Shown here in pieces: positions 37,515-50,035 of a stretch of 64,000 nucleotides of DNA. Position 1 is the stretch's first letter; every line of letters starts with the position of its first letter. The DNA lies in the NCBI GenBank assembly GCA_002633005.1, contig NMRA01000090.1, positions 447,986 through 511,985 of the forward strand, written 5' to 3'. The position numbers were made by a program, and so were the translations under genes. The stretch is from Phoronis australis (taxonomy: Eukaryota > Animalia > Phoronida). The notes beneath the pieces were generated by a model. That model made no database searches, was not told the origin of the DNA, and worked only from the letters and a program-made list of their open reading frames with translations.

Positions 37515-37670
37515 CAGTGCTGTAGTGGGGCGTAGGCGCACGTAAGCGCAGCCAACCACCTTTTGGCATTTGAACATAGCGCCTACGCACTGTAAGTTAC
37601 GTTCAGTGCTCAATGTGATACGGTGGACTTTGGGCGCCTACTTACCTCTAATTTTACCACTACGGCACTG
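37515..37670. mobile_element. Small hAT-like MITE
   Basis: CAGTGCTGTAGTGG ... CCACTACGGCACTG; flanks GGCATGGT and GGCATATG partly match. Confidence 0.65.
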
Positions 37671-37822
37671 GGCATATGGTGTACGTGTGCCAAAACGCAA
37701 GTCGGGTCATAGTTGACACCAGGTACGTTACTTGCGTCTGTGAACTCGTTGCATTGATGAAATTAATCGTGGCCCGAAATGCTGCCTCGTCATTTTCTGC
37801 ATTTAACTTCTTTCAGGACCGA

Positions 37823-38082
37823 GGGCCCAATTCCGAGAAACTGACTTAAGTTCATTTTTTACTTAAGTCTAAGATTTGTCTCAACTTTTAACCCAACTTT
37901 GAAACTTCTACATCACTGAGGCAATTAGTAAAAATTAAGGCAAGACTTAAGTCACAGCTTACTGAATCAGACTTAAAATCTCTTTTGTAATTGAAACGGA
38001 CTTCAGACAATTTTTGAAGCCAATCTTAAAATGACTGTAATTTAAGATTTTTCTTAGCTAAGTCAGTTTTCTTGGAAGGTGT
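37823..38082. mobile_element. MITE-like element rich in CTTAAG
   Basis: TTCCGAGAAACTGACTTAAG and TAAGTCAGTTTTCTTGGAA form inverted ends. Confidence 0.5.
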
Positions 38083-41000
38083 CGTTTTTAGTAGTCTTTG
38101 TTATACAGGACGTTATTTGAGGGCACGTTTCCAAGTGCTGGGCAAAAACTACGTCACCTCAGTGCTTCTAGTATTCTGAAGTCTACCAAAGTCTGTGACA
38201 TTTTTTGCATTTTTGCAAGTCATTGTGGTGGCTCCTCAGTGCTACCTCTTCGTCTGCAGAAACTATACACATCAACAAGCCGCCGACTAAACTTCTCTAT
38301 TTCTCTGAACGCGAGCATTCTGAGAATAGAATATCTTTGTACTGTTCTAGCAGAAATTTTGTGATACCTGGTGTGTAAATGTTATGTTTTGTCAATGAGT
38401 TAACATGATCTTCGCAGGTCGCCGACATCACAATTGAATCGTGCATGTGGAAAATTTCTCGCTTACGCTGGTGACCGCTCTGATTCGACCCCAAGGCCCA
38501 GACAACTTTTAGGAAGCCTATTCAGATCTGAGCTAATGAAGCGGAAAGGTAATTGCTAGCATTACTGTCTCAACAATGGTTGTTGTTAGTACCCCCAATT
38601 TGGTTTTCTCTGACATTTGCAGAGTTTTAGCCTGCAACTCTGGAGAGTAGTTTTAACTTGGTACATTCTAAATATTACAGAATGACTAAAAAGGTTAACT
38701 TGTGTTTATCTTCACAAAGGGCCACTTCCCAAAGGAACTATAAGTTTCATATTGGTTTTCTTTATTTAATTTCCAATGCCTCTGCCCACTTGTTTTTTTT
38801 TCTACCGGGAACGGGTGCCAAAACAGTGGTAAATTTTGGTCGTCAGCTAAACTTATTAGTTAAGTTCATCGTTAGCCCATCCCTAAACTTACCACATTAC
38901 AGGTGCACTAAACATTTTACGTGTCATTAAAGTTTAATCTTTATTAGAACTCAAATCATAAAGTATATACAAAAGTGCAAATATGGTGATAACCAAACTG
39001 AAGATTTGGATCCTCTGGACAATTTCGGTGACACTGACTATATAAATATTCTCAAGCTTTTAGTCAGTAATAAAAAATGAAAAGTGGACACAACAACTGT
39101 TTCCTGGTCAAAAATCTGATTACACGAAATTGAAAGAATATTAAAAAATGAATCCATGTGATATTGTTAACTCTGATCAGCGTTTGTATATCCACCGAGT
39201 AATAAATACGCGCGGTAGTTTATCTTCAATCAATGGTTGTAACTTTTAGATTATTAGTTCATCAATTTTAAAAATCGAAACGGTACTTTGGTTGTTTTTT
39301 TCCAGGTGAGTACCGCCATGATGTTCGTTTATTACGAAACTTAGTAGTTAATGCATTTTAAAAAATCGCCATTATGTACAGTCAGAGATGTTTAATACAG
39401 TTTATGGTAGGATAATTACATTTAATTGGGTCTTGCTCGCATCGGGCAATTCGGTCATCACTATTGTACCTGATTCCGGCGCCACACTCTCTTTGATCCT
39501 GTACTGGTACAAGCCGCTCAGAACAGAAGGACGAGCGGTGAAAATTTTAATTCTCGCCTTTCTTTAGAAATGCGTGACTTGTAAGCGTATTATTGACGGT
39601 ATGTGTTTGGCATCCTTCTAGTTCTGATAGGGCCCTAAAAAGAGTTTATTCGGGCGACGATGTGAACTGTCTAGGAACAACGCAACAGTGTAAAACGAAC
39701 CATCAACATCTTTTGAGTATAAGGCCTACTACGAACGCAAACTTCTGCAGCCATGCTCTGTTACAAGTTCTGTTTCTGCACCAAGTCTTGGTGCAGAAAC
39801 AGAAACTTTTGGTCCGTTTCATCACTCATGGAATTAGGCGAGACCACCCCAAAGCGCCTGCTTACATGCTCCTTTGTTGAAAAACCAGTCAGTTCTAACT
39901 TTAGTTGGCCTCTTTGCCATTGTTTGAGTATGACCAGCACTCTCGTCCCCAAGCCTCAAGATGGCATTGAGGTAGTATTTGATGATTGGTTTTGGGAAAA
40001 TCAAATGTGACACATTTTTACGGAAATCGCCGGAATATTACGAGTAATATCAAAGATACTGTATAATGTTTTTGGTAACATGACTTCAAAATTTTCTGTA
40101 GTATAATATAAAAATGAAAACTAACGGTATATTGCAGCATGCAATTAAGGTCTAAATTAGGCCCCTATTGCAATATTTTGATTCGAAAACATATTAAAAT
40201 CTCTGATACTATAAAAAAAAGTACGCGAACAGCCTTTATTTTGAATAGCAGCAACAACGCCTGTGACAATAATTAAACTCTCTGACATTGTTTTAGTGAT
40301 GTCAAAGCAGCAGTCAATCATTGCACTGACGGCCATAACCAAGCCTCAAACGCCTAAACCAATCAGCGCCATCTTGAGGTTTAGGAACGAGGCTGGACCT
40401 CCACTAAACTAACTAATCGGTCACTTTGGTTCTCTTCGGTGCACATACGCCCCATTAACTGCAAAACTGCGGTTACTTTTAGATAAATGTGCAATTGCTT
40501 CTATATAATCTTAGAGAAATTTAGGGCCGTCTTGCCCCATCCCCTCAATTTATTTTGCTTCCCTTCGGTGCGGGTGCACAATTAACCGCAAATCGGGTTA
40601 TTTTTGTTAAAACGTAATGCACGTCTATTTAATTATGGAATCTGGGAGAAATTCAGGGGGCCATGACCATTTTGGCACCCTCTAAATCCCCAACTGTGTA
40701 TAGCGTGAAACTGAAAACGTGCCCTATACATGTATGTACTTGATGAAGTAACTAGTAAATAAATATCATAAATTCGATGGACCGGGTTTCAATCGGATCA
40801 ATCGTATCTGGAATTCGATAGACTGAATTCATATAAAGATATCTGTTTTTCGACGGACTGAACGTCATGACTGTCCGAAGCAATCCATCAAGTGAAGTCT
40901 GCTTAATTGGAACACTGGATCGCAAGATCAAGTGAAAGGAAACTCGACGGTCAAACATGATGTCAAATGTAACGCTGGATTCAAGGGCGGCGCCAGGAAA

Positions 41001-43442
41001 AGGGAAAACGTGACCGCAGACTGATTAGATTGACTTTTTGTGAACTTTTAGGATTTGTTTGGGGGGAAATTTAAATATTTGATCAATATAGTCATTATTA
41101 CATTCAAATCAATATGTGTTGTCTCAACCGCCTACCGGTAACTGTGTCCTATTGTCACGCATAATGGTACCTCGAAGAAAAGTTGAATTTCAAGCAAAAA
41201 ACGATTCCAATACAATTTCAACTTATTTTAGCAGTGCAAGATCAATTGAATGAGCTTTTCACATTGAAAAAAATAGAAGATTCCTTATAGTTATGGCACG
41301 AACACCGAAATAATATGCAAAACTGCTTTGCTGCAGCAGCATGTCTACAAATGCTTCATACTTAGATTTTCACCGATGTGAAAGTAGCCTGTTAAAGATT
41401 CCTTTTAGTTCAACAAAAGTCGCCATGTCGGTGACGTAGGAAATGTGTCCAATCGTGAGTAGTTTCAGTTTAACCACGACTAAGCAGTGTCAGGATCGCT
41501 GATTTGGGAACGAGGCTCGTGTTTGCAGCCCGCCCTCTGAACAATGCACACGATTCGTTCCGTGGTAGGCAGTAGCGGTGTAGCTAAGGGGCGGGGTCGG
41601 AGGGGGGAAGGACATGTGGTACACAGCACCACACCCACTAGTGCATTGCCTTTCTCAAAAAACGAGAACGTCGACAGTTTGTCAGTTGACATTCTAGTAC
41701 CGAGCCTGCGAGAGATTAAGCGAAAAAACGACGTTGTTGACATTGTTTGTTATCTTTGCTGCGTTAGGTTCAGGCCGACGAGCTATACGACTGTAAAACA
41801 ATGAGATACCCGCTTCATCTGTCATTAAATTCTCATAAATATCACAACAGCTGTGACTGGTGTTATCTGATTTAGGTTGATGGCTGATAAAAAATCCAAG
41901 CTGAATGAGACGAATATTATCACATTGGTTTGAAAATTCCGTGCTAAAATTGCTGTCCGCCTCGTATAATGTAAAGTTCATGTTAGAGCTTTAGTCTAAA
42001 ATTACAGTAGATAGAGGGCGCTTATAGAGACAATTGGGAGCGAATACTGGCACAGCTAATAAATGAGACCTGGCAGGATGATCTGGTGGAATAAACTAAT
42101 GTATTCGCCATACCACATGATACCGTTCCCAACGAATCAATTACTTCATTGACTGTCAGTAGACAATGCAGTTGTTCTCTAAGTACTTAAAAGCATACCT
42201 TCAACGGAATCTTATTATTTTAGATGGGCTAACTTAGTAGTCCTAGCAAAGCCTTGAAAGAATAGGAAAACGCGAGTTTATTCACGCTAATGTATTCCTG
42301 TCGGAAAATAATAGCTGAAACCGCCTTTTCGCGTCATATTGCGTCACCGTGAGATCCCTGCACAAACAACAAAAGGCCGATAACAGTTGTATTGAATAGG
42401 GGTACGAATAGAACACCATTGCGTGCAGGTGTTATTGTCAGCTGTTTGAATTGACCTAACCCAAGCTCCGCCCCCTGCGTAATGTCGACAAACAAACAAT
42501 AAGTTTTACCCGGCAACGTCTTGTTTGTCGGGTAAAATGGCGGCTTGGAAACGAAGGTATGTCAAGAATGCTGCGTTTTGATTGGTCACTTAAGCAGTCA
42601 CTCAGGATCTTGGCGATAGGTCCATTATAAGGTGATTCTCGCTGTGACGTTGACAAAAGCAAACCAAAACCAATACGCCTAACAGTTCGTTACATTTGAC
42701 AATATATGACCCTAGTGGGCTCAGATCGAGCGATGCTCTTTTAAGAGTACAGTATGTTAAAATATACTGTACTATCCAAATTTACAGGTGTTATCGTTCT
42801 ATACAGACTTTAATCGGATGTATTTGCATGCTCCAAACTATGCTAATGTTTAGCAAGAACTAAACGACAATGCTTTTTGAACATCATCTACACTAAATAA
42901 AGTGGAGTTGTATTCATTGACAAGTTGTAAATGTGAAAACAAAAAATGATGCAAATTTGTGATTTATATGACATACCTTGGGGCTCACATAACCCGGCGT
43001 CATACAGCGTTATCCACCAAAACCGAGTCACGATACCTACTGGACACGGTTGAGTGGTTTACGGCGGTTCATTTTCGACACAAAACTCGTTCTTAAACAC
43101 ATTTGGCAACATATTCACGTCGTTGCTATGTGTAGTATTTCAGACTAATTTGAGCAAGCAATCACACAGATAATGAATTAGCGTGCAAGTTCGCTCACGG
43201 TTGTACAGACCACAACCAGGAACAAGACCCATACTGTTGAGTTGAATTTTTTTTCAGTGAAAGCAAAGCATGAACACCTTTCTCTTTTTTCAAAATTTTA
43301 GACCCCCGGGCATGGGCACCCGTCGGATTTTGATGCCTTTGAACACCCCGTCCCCCGTCACACGACCGCCGACGGTAGGTCATAGGCACTGAAACATAGT
43401 AATAAACGTAATGAAAGTTAGTTTAATCCCAATCCACACTAA

Positions 43443-43464
43443 CAAACACACACACACACAAACA

Positions 43465-43499
<35 letters not shown>
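43443..43499. repeat. (CA)n microsatellite
   Basis: Directly visible. Confidence 0.95.
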
Positions 43500-43501
<2 letters not shown>

Positions 43502-43714
43502 TATATGCACATGTATATTAAACTTCCCAAAATGAGCTATTTTTGACAAGTGATTTCTCAGCAACGAATAAACCGATTTTTTCAAATTTCTTAAAATAAA
43601 TCTTAGGGGATCACCAACAAATTTACAAAATACCAAAGAGATCTGTGTCGAATTGTGCAAATACTGTCAAATTAAACACATCAGATCAAAAAATAAAATA
43701 TCAAATTGAAGGTC

Positions 43715-44460
43715 GCTTATTTCAGTCTACGCTCAATGTGGCCGCCATCTAAACGCAGCCGTTTCTTCCAACCAGAAATGCTTTTCCGTATTTCTTTCAT
43801 CGCGATATCCTCCCATGACATAATTATCTTGTCTTTTAACTCCGGCTCAGTAAATTTGCCTATCATTCCCTGGTAAACTTGCTCCTTAAGTTCAGAGAGG
43901 TCCTATATGGCATAGTCCATTGGATTGCAGTCAGGACTGAGCGGAGGTCAGTCATCCTTTTCGATGAAGTTTTGTGTGGCCTCCTCCAGATTAGCCTGGG
44001 TTATCTTGCTCGTGTGTGAAGGATCCCCGCCTTGCTGAAATACGTAATTGTTTCCAGGATAAAATGGCCTGCAATCCGGGAGAAGATTTTCATCCAAAAT
44101 GCTGCACGCAGTATTGACTGTTTACTTTGGCTCTATTAGTGCCAATAACATGAATATTTGTTTTTCCTTCCCAAGATACTCCAACAGAAAGCATTACTTT
44201 TTTGGAAAATCTGGTAGTCTCGTGACAGAGTCGAGAAGGCTAAATTTCTCGTTTTTGTTTCCCATAAGCACGATCGCTTTGACGATGTTTAGCGATTTTT
44301 AGGGTTATGTCCTTTTCATCAGTGAAAATGATTCCTTTCACCCACATCGGTGACTGAATAACGGTCATGCAAGTAGCGGCATCGAGTTTTTTCCTTCCAA
44401 CATTTTGATCTCTCCGCTATACGTCGGCAAACCTCAGGATTTTGACGTTTTGCCTTTTAA
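43715..44460 (-). pseudogene. Degenerate Tc1/mariner transposase, DD37D (maT-type)
   Basis: - strand reads IIFTDEK ... YVFQQGGDPSHTSKITQANLEEATQNFIEKDD*PPLSPDCNPMDYA ... DGGHIE. There are 37 residues between the second (mutated) and third catalytic D; in-frame stops present. Confidence 0.85.
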
Positions 44461-44493
44461 ACCTGAGACTCGTGTAGGACTCTCTCTCTTTAT

Positions 44494-44494
44494 G

Positions 44495-44562
<68 letters not shown>
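44494..44562. repeat. (TG)n microsatellite
   Basis: Directly visible. Confidence 0.95.
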
Positions 44563-44563
<1 letters not shown>

Positions 44564-44570
44564 TAATAAA

Positions 44571-44712
44571 GGATGTTTTCTTTCCCCTTTCGCAAAAATC
44601 CATTCAACTCAGTCCAGTCTCACTACCGAAAACACCCTTCTTTGGATGTTTTCTTTCCCCTTTCGCAAAAATCCATTTAACTCAGTCCAGTCTCACTACC
44701 GAAAACACCCTT
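44571..44712. repeat. ~73-bp direct repeat x2
   Basis: GGATGTTTTCTTTCCCCTTTCGCAAAAATCCATT.AACTCAGTCCAGTCTCACTACCGAAAACACCCTTC occurs twice. Confidence 0.85.
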
Positions 44713-45198
44713 CTTAAAAAAGACACCACTGATGGCAGCTTGACTTTCATTCATTGTAGCCGTTGAAGGTTTGATTTAGAATACCGGCCGCCATAAAACT
44801 GGTCTGAACTTCTCAGTTTTTTACTTGGATGAGAAGTGATTTTTGTCTTTTACGGAGATGAATGACGCTAGAAAAATGTCAAAGTTCGTTTGACTTGGAA
44901 ACATCATATTACAGAAATGACTGCTGATCGGATTACTATAATCGCAGAATCTAGTTTTATGTAAAACGCTGTTAGAAATTGTGTATAAATTGTTACACTT
45001 ATGCATGAGAGGCTATTAAACACAGCGTTTGAAAATGCATAAAACGAAAACGAATTGAAAATTTAGGAAACTGTAACAAAGTTTTTAAAACTTCACCTTA
45101 AACACTTATATCAGGTGCTGTTGATTCTGTTGTTTTGGTATAAACGGACCTTTCTTTTTTGCTAAGTTTTAATAAAAGACGTGGGCATGTAACTTTAA

Positions 45199-46835
45199 AA
45201 GGTTCCTGAAGTACATGTACAATCACATGCATTTTTAGTGTAATTTAATTGATGAATAAAGTCTATATCAGAAATCACATGTTTGTTACTCTTTTACATT
45301 TTTGTAAAAAAAGTTTTTCCAATGTTAATTCCTATTGGCTAACGCGCATCTGACGTCACTGAGGCCGTACGTACCGTGGGTGAAAGCAATAAGGTAATTT
45401 AAGCTTATAATGTACATACCTCGTTGGGTGAATGCCACTCGGCTACAGAACTGTGCTTAATGTGTATAATTCGTCTGCGATCTCGGCTCTCAAAGTTGAT
45501 AATTGTTTTAAGGCTACCAAATGAATGATGATAAAACCACGTTGTTTACATGAAGCCGGAAGTACAGTACTTATTTGCTGCGGGATTGCCGTCAATACAA
45601 AATGGCGACTGCCATTGGCTAATAAAATCAAAAATACAAAAACTAAAATACATTAATAATGATATATAACAATAATACAAGTTTGCTGCCGTGTAGTGCT
45701 GACTATTATTGGAACGATGCCCGGTTCTCGGCACAGGTCAGGAAAGGGCCCCGACTTCATAGCCAAAGTGCCAAGTGGTGCAAGCTGTCATATACAACGG
45801 CCGTTGCACCGACGTGGGTAAAAACTAATCAAATAAAGTCTGACACAAAATTAGTGTCATTTAAAATTACACTCTTCCTTGAGTAGACTTAATTATTGAC
45901 TGGTGTTGAAAAAATTGGCGTTCTGCCGTTCACTCTGCTGCTAAAATTTGGGTGCGGCGCACTTTAAGGTCGGCCTTCTGCACCGTCACCTGTTGACTTA
46001 TTGGCCAGTTTTGTTCCCCGAGTTGTTTTTCTTCCAACGATCGAACTGTTCTTCGAAGTTGTGTACATGTCACAACAAATTTCTAGAGCTGATTTCATTT
46101 CCTTACACGTTTTCAGTATTTTAATACCAGAAAACCGAATTTCATTAAAAAATTTTGCTCCTGCGAAGCTGTCATCATTTCCCGACAGATGTCGCATAAT
46201 TTTAGGAAATAACGTGTGTTAAGCATACTGTTTACTTCGTTACAAAAAGCTGAGAATTAGGAAATAAAATAATGTTTACTAGATGATTTTTCACTTAAAT
46301 GTCTCCAGCAGGCAAGGTGAGTCTCGGTTGACACCCAGATATTTGCACGCTCCCCTGCCGGTTTAGAGCTCTACATGTTGATATACGTTTGTCCAAAACT
46401 GGTGACGAGCAGAACTATCCCGGCTATGTCATGTGAAATTTCGGAGTCTAACGGAGCTCAACACACAGTGCTACTGGTACCAAGTTGTATTTTGAAGATA
46501 GTCTTCATACAGCTAGCTGGCTGGCTAGACCCTGGGATGAATCAAAGTCACGGGAAAGAAAAACGAAAAAGGTTGTGAGTATGCACATGATGATCTCTCG
46601 ACTGGACTACGTACTCGCACGGCTAATGACCTAGTTCTCTTTGTGCTGTACAGCCTCAGTCACGTCACGAAAAACAGAGCTTGCAGCGGGGCTTTACGGA
46701 ACTAATAAATTTTTACTTTTAAAAGTAAAAAAGAAAAATACTGTGCACTATTTAGGAATACGTGGATGCCAGTAACCAACCTCTATACTTTTAAAATTCA
46801 TATTAAAATGCTGAAACATGTAGTTCAGGCCTCTT
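45199..46835 (+). mobile_element. Full-length non-autonomous Kolobok-like DNA transposon (~1.64 kb)
   Basis: TTAA|AAGGTTCCTGAAGTACATGT ... ACATGTAGTTCAGGCCTCTT|TTGA (16/20 TIR match). Two related fragments occur elsewhere in the window. Confidence 0.65.
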
Positions 46836-48429
46836 TTGATTAACGTCATAATGTTAAATAGATCAAATTTTACACACCCTCTACTTCCAGAAATTTTTCT
46901 CAACGTTTTACTAAATTAAAATCTTTGTCTGGCTAAATACGCTGACTTGCTGTTAACAGCTGCACGATTCGCCAAGACGTGCTCGGCAAATAAAATGTCA
47001 CGCCGCGACAAGATAACTTGAAAATGGCCGTCTATGTGTCTCACATATTGGTTTGAATACTAAGAGCTTGCGGCGAAAGTTAAGATACCCAGCTTACCAA
47101 ACCGCAGTTTTTTGAGGTGACAGGTACTGAGGATTGTTTGAGTTCTCAACTTACAGTCAGCTATGTTAACTAAATGAAACCTTTTAGACATCAGCCGTCT
47201 CGTGGCTATTCATTGTTGCTAACAGCTCTGTATACAACTTTAACAAAGTGGGATATTTACTTTGACATTGTCAACCAAACAACCCTTCTTTTCTTTACTT
47301 TCTCACTCCAACCAATCAGCAACCTGTGGCAAAGTGAAGGCATTGTGAAGTTTATTTCCTTGTCCACTGCTTTTGTACCGCAATTTTAGTGGCAAATTTT
47401 TCGACTCTTCATCCCTTGTGACTTTGGAGCCTAGAGTGGAATTTAAACCGCCATGTCCACGCGTTGTCATTAAACATTCTTCGTTACTTGCTCATTGCTT
47501 TGTAGACGTCTGCTCAGGCCACTTTGGTCTGAGACGCCGGTCAAGAACCGCTGCAGCCGCCAACGGCATATCTTAGAAAGCAGAGTCACGTAGTCACTCC
47601 AATCAGGTAAAGTTCCTATAATTTAATTTATCATTGGCGTTACATTTATTTAAAATGTAAAGATATCTGTGACCGATTTTCTACACTTTGGTAATCTTTG
47701 AATGCTTCTGCAGTACGAGCTGGGCGGTGCACATCCACAACAATACTCTTAATTATACAATGCATGGGTAACCGTGATATTTGCTATTGCACCGGTGCTT
47801 AGGTGTCAAGGTGACTCTATTCAAGGTCAAGCCATTCTATACTTTCTAGGAGTTCACAATTTACGGCGATCAGTGGAGAAATGGACTGGATATCTAATAA
47901 AGTTGGTTGGAAATTATATATACTGGGGCTCTGACAGAGACTCACTTGCATGCCTGAAAGTAGTTTCACGATCCAAATATTTTATGGGATGTCAGGCGTA
48001 GAATGAACAAGTGGTTGAAATCGCCTTTCAAATTTTCACTGAGATCGATCAGATTGAAACCGTTTATAAACGACCAACTTATGATATGGAGAATGCCCAA
48101 TGAAAGTCGAAGAGAATGGATGTTTCTTAGTGTGAATTGAGGGCTGAAATTTTGAGAAAACCCAAGCTAAGATCTCAAAAATTACTAAAACAAACTATCA
48201 AGTAGACTAATAAAAATAAAAGTTCTTGAGATAAAAGTTAGCTGATTCCTGAAAGTTGAAATTGGTTGTGTTTACATTCCTATTCAGTTGATACCCCTTA
48301 AAATGTAAAAATTTCGTTAAATGTAAAATAGCGAAGAAGATAATTTTGAAACTAAATGAGATGATCCAGATCGTCTGCAAGATACTATTGTTTGACGAAA
48401 TGTAGAGTATATATATATTGTCAATAATA

Positions 48430-48492
48430 TCCTGGCGAGTTATCTTGCGACCATGAACGTTTTGAAAATGGTCGCAAGATAACTCGTCAGGA
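48430..48492. repeat. Near-perfect 25-bp stem hairpin
   Basis: TCCTGGCGAGTTATCTTGCGACCAT, 13-nt loop, ATGGTCGCAAGATAACTCGTCAGGA. Confidence 0.85.
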
Positions 48493-48674
48493 CAATACAG
48501 TTATTCGCTACACTGAGGATGTTGTACAGAGGTTACGAACATTAGAATCGCTTCTAATAATGTTTGAAAAACCTAAAGCAAATGAGCAGCTAATTGGAAC
48601 TCGAAGGACTCTATCATTATTAAGGTAATCTGTGCAATATGATGCACAGCAAAGCGCGTGTGTATATGTGCGNT

Positions 48675-49380
48675 TACAAAACTTAGCGTCGTTGCGTCCG
48701 CATCTCACGGACTTCAGCTTGGCTTGTGACGTTATCGTTATTCTGTCCAATTGTTGGTGTTTTGGCCAAACGGCGTGGCATTGACGTCACTACACCATCC
48801 CATACGTGTGACAAGTCGAATCTTAAACCGCCTCTTTTATTTAAAGACGGACTCTCAATGCGCTCATGGAGAGCTTCTTTTACACCCCTTTTGAACCAGT
48901 CTTCCTCACAGTCTAGGATAGTGACATCATGAGTATTGAAATCATGCCCACTGTCGCACATGTGGCTAAAAATAGCCGAATCATAAGTGGTCCAGTAACT
49001 AAGACGACGATGTTGTGACATACGCATTTTAATGGACTGTTTCGTTTCACCATTGTAACTGCCTGAGCACTGAGGATCCTTACACCGGACACCATAGACA
49101 ACACATGATTTACAGTATTAACCTTGGGGGTCTTGTCCTTAACATTAACCAGTTGGCTGCAGAGAGAATTTAAGGGTTTGTGGATGATAAAAATGTCAAA
49201 CTGTTTAAATGTCCTCTTGAGGCGGTCAGAAAGACCCTGGACGTAGGAAGTCACCACACGAGTAGGAGAACTCACAGTAGTGGTTGTCTGAGTGTTTACT
49301 TTTCTCCTCTCTGATCTTTCTCCTTCGGTGAACGCCCAACGTGGATAACCGTATTTGGCAAGAGCATCTTTAGTTAACTG
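48675..49380 (-). mobile_element. Penelope-like element 3' fragment (GIY-YIG endonuclease)
   Basis: LAKYGYPRW ... YVQGLSDRLKRTFKQF ... VVYGVRCKDPQC..YNGETK ... RMSQHRR ... SAIFSH ... GHDF ... RGVKEALH ... PSLNKRGG; frameshifted. Confidence 0.9.
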
Positions 49381-50035
49381 AATGCGGTTATCCACGTTGG
49401 TCGTTCACTAACGCAGAAAGATCAGAGAGGAGAAAGTAAACACCCAGACAACTATTACTGTGAGTTCTCCTACTTGTGTGGGGATTCCCTACGTCCAGTA
49501 TCTTTCTGACCGCCTCAAGAGGACATTTAAACAGTTTGACAAACCCTTTAATTCTCTCCGCAGCCAACTAGTTAATGGCAAGGACAAGACCCCCAAGGTT
49601 AATAAATCATTTATCGCCTATGGTGTCCGGTGTAAGGATCCCCAGTGCTCAGACAGTCACATTGGTGAAACGAAATAGTCCATTAAAATGCGTATGTCAC
49701 AACATCGTCGTGCTAGTTACTGGGACACTTATGATTCGGCTATTTTTAGCCACGAGTGCGCCACTGGGCATGATTTCAATACTCATGATGTCCCTATCCT
49801 AGACTTTGAGGAAGACTGGTTCAAAAGGGGTGTAAAAGAAGCTCTCCATGAGCGCATTGAGAGTCCGTCATTAAATAAAAGAGGCAGTTTAAGATTAAAT
49901 TTGTCCCCACACGTATGGGATGGTGTACTGACGTCAATGCCACACCGTTTGTCCAAAACGTCACCAATTGGCCATAACATCACAAGCCAAGCTGAAGTCC
50001 CTGAGTTGGGGACGCAACGTTGCTAATTTTTGTAA
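49381..50035 (+). mobile_element. Penelope-like element 3' fragment, inverted copy
   Basis: Same GIY-YIG region on the + strand (IPYVQYLSDRLKR ... HIGETK ... RGVKEALH); forms a palindrome with the previous fragment. Confidence 0.9.
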
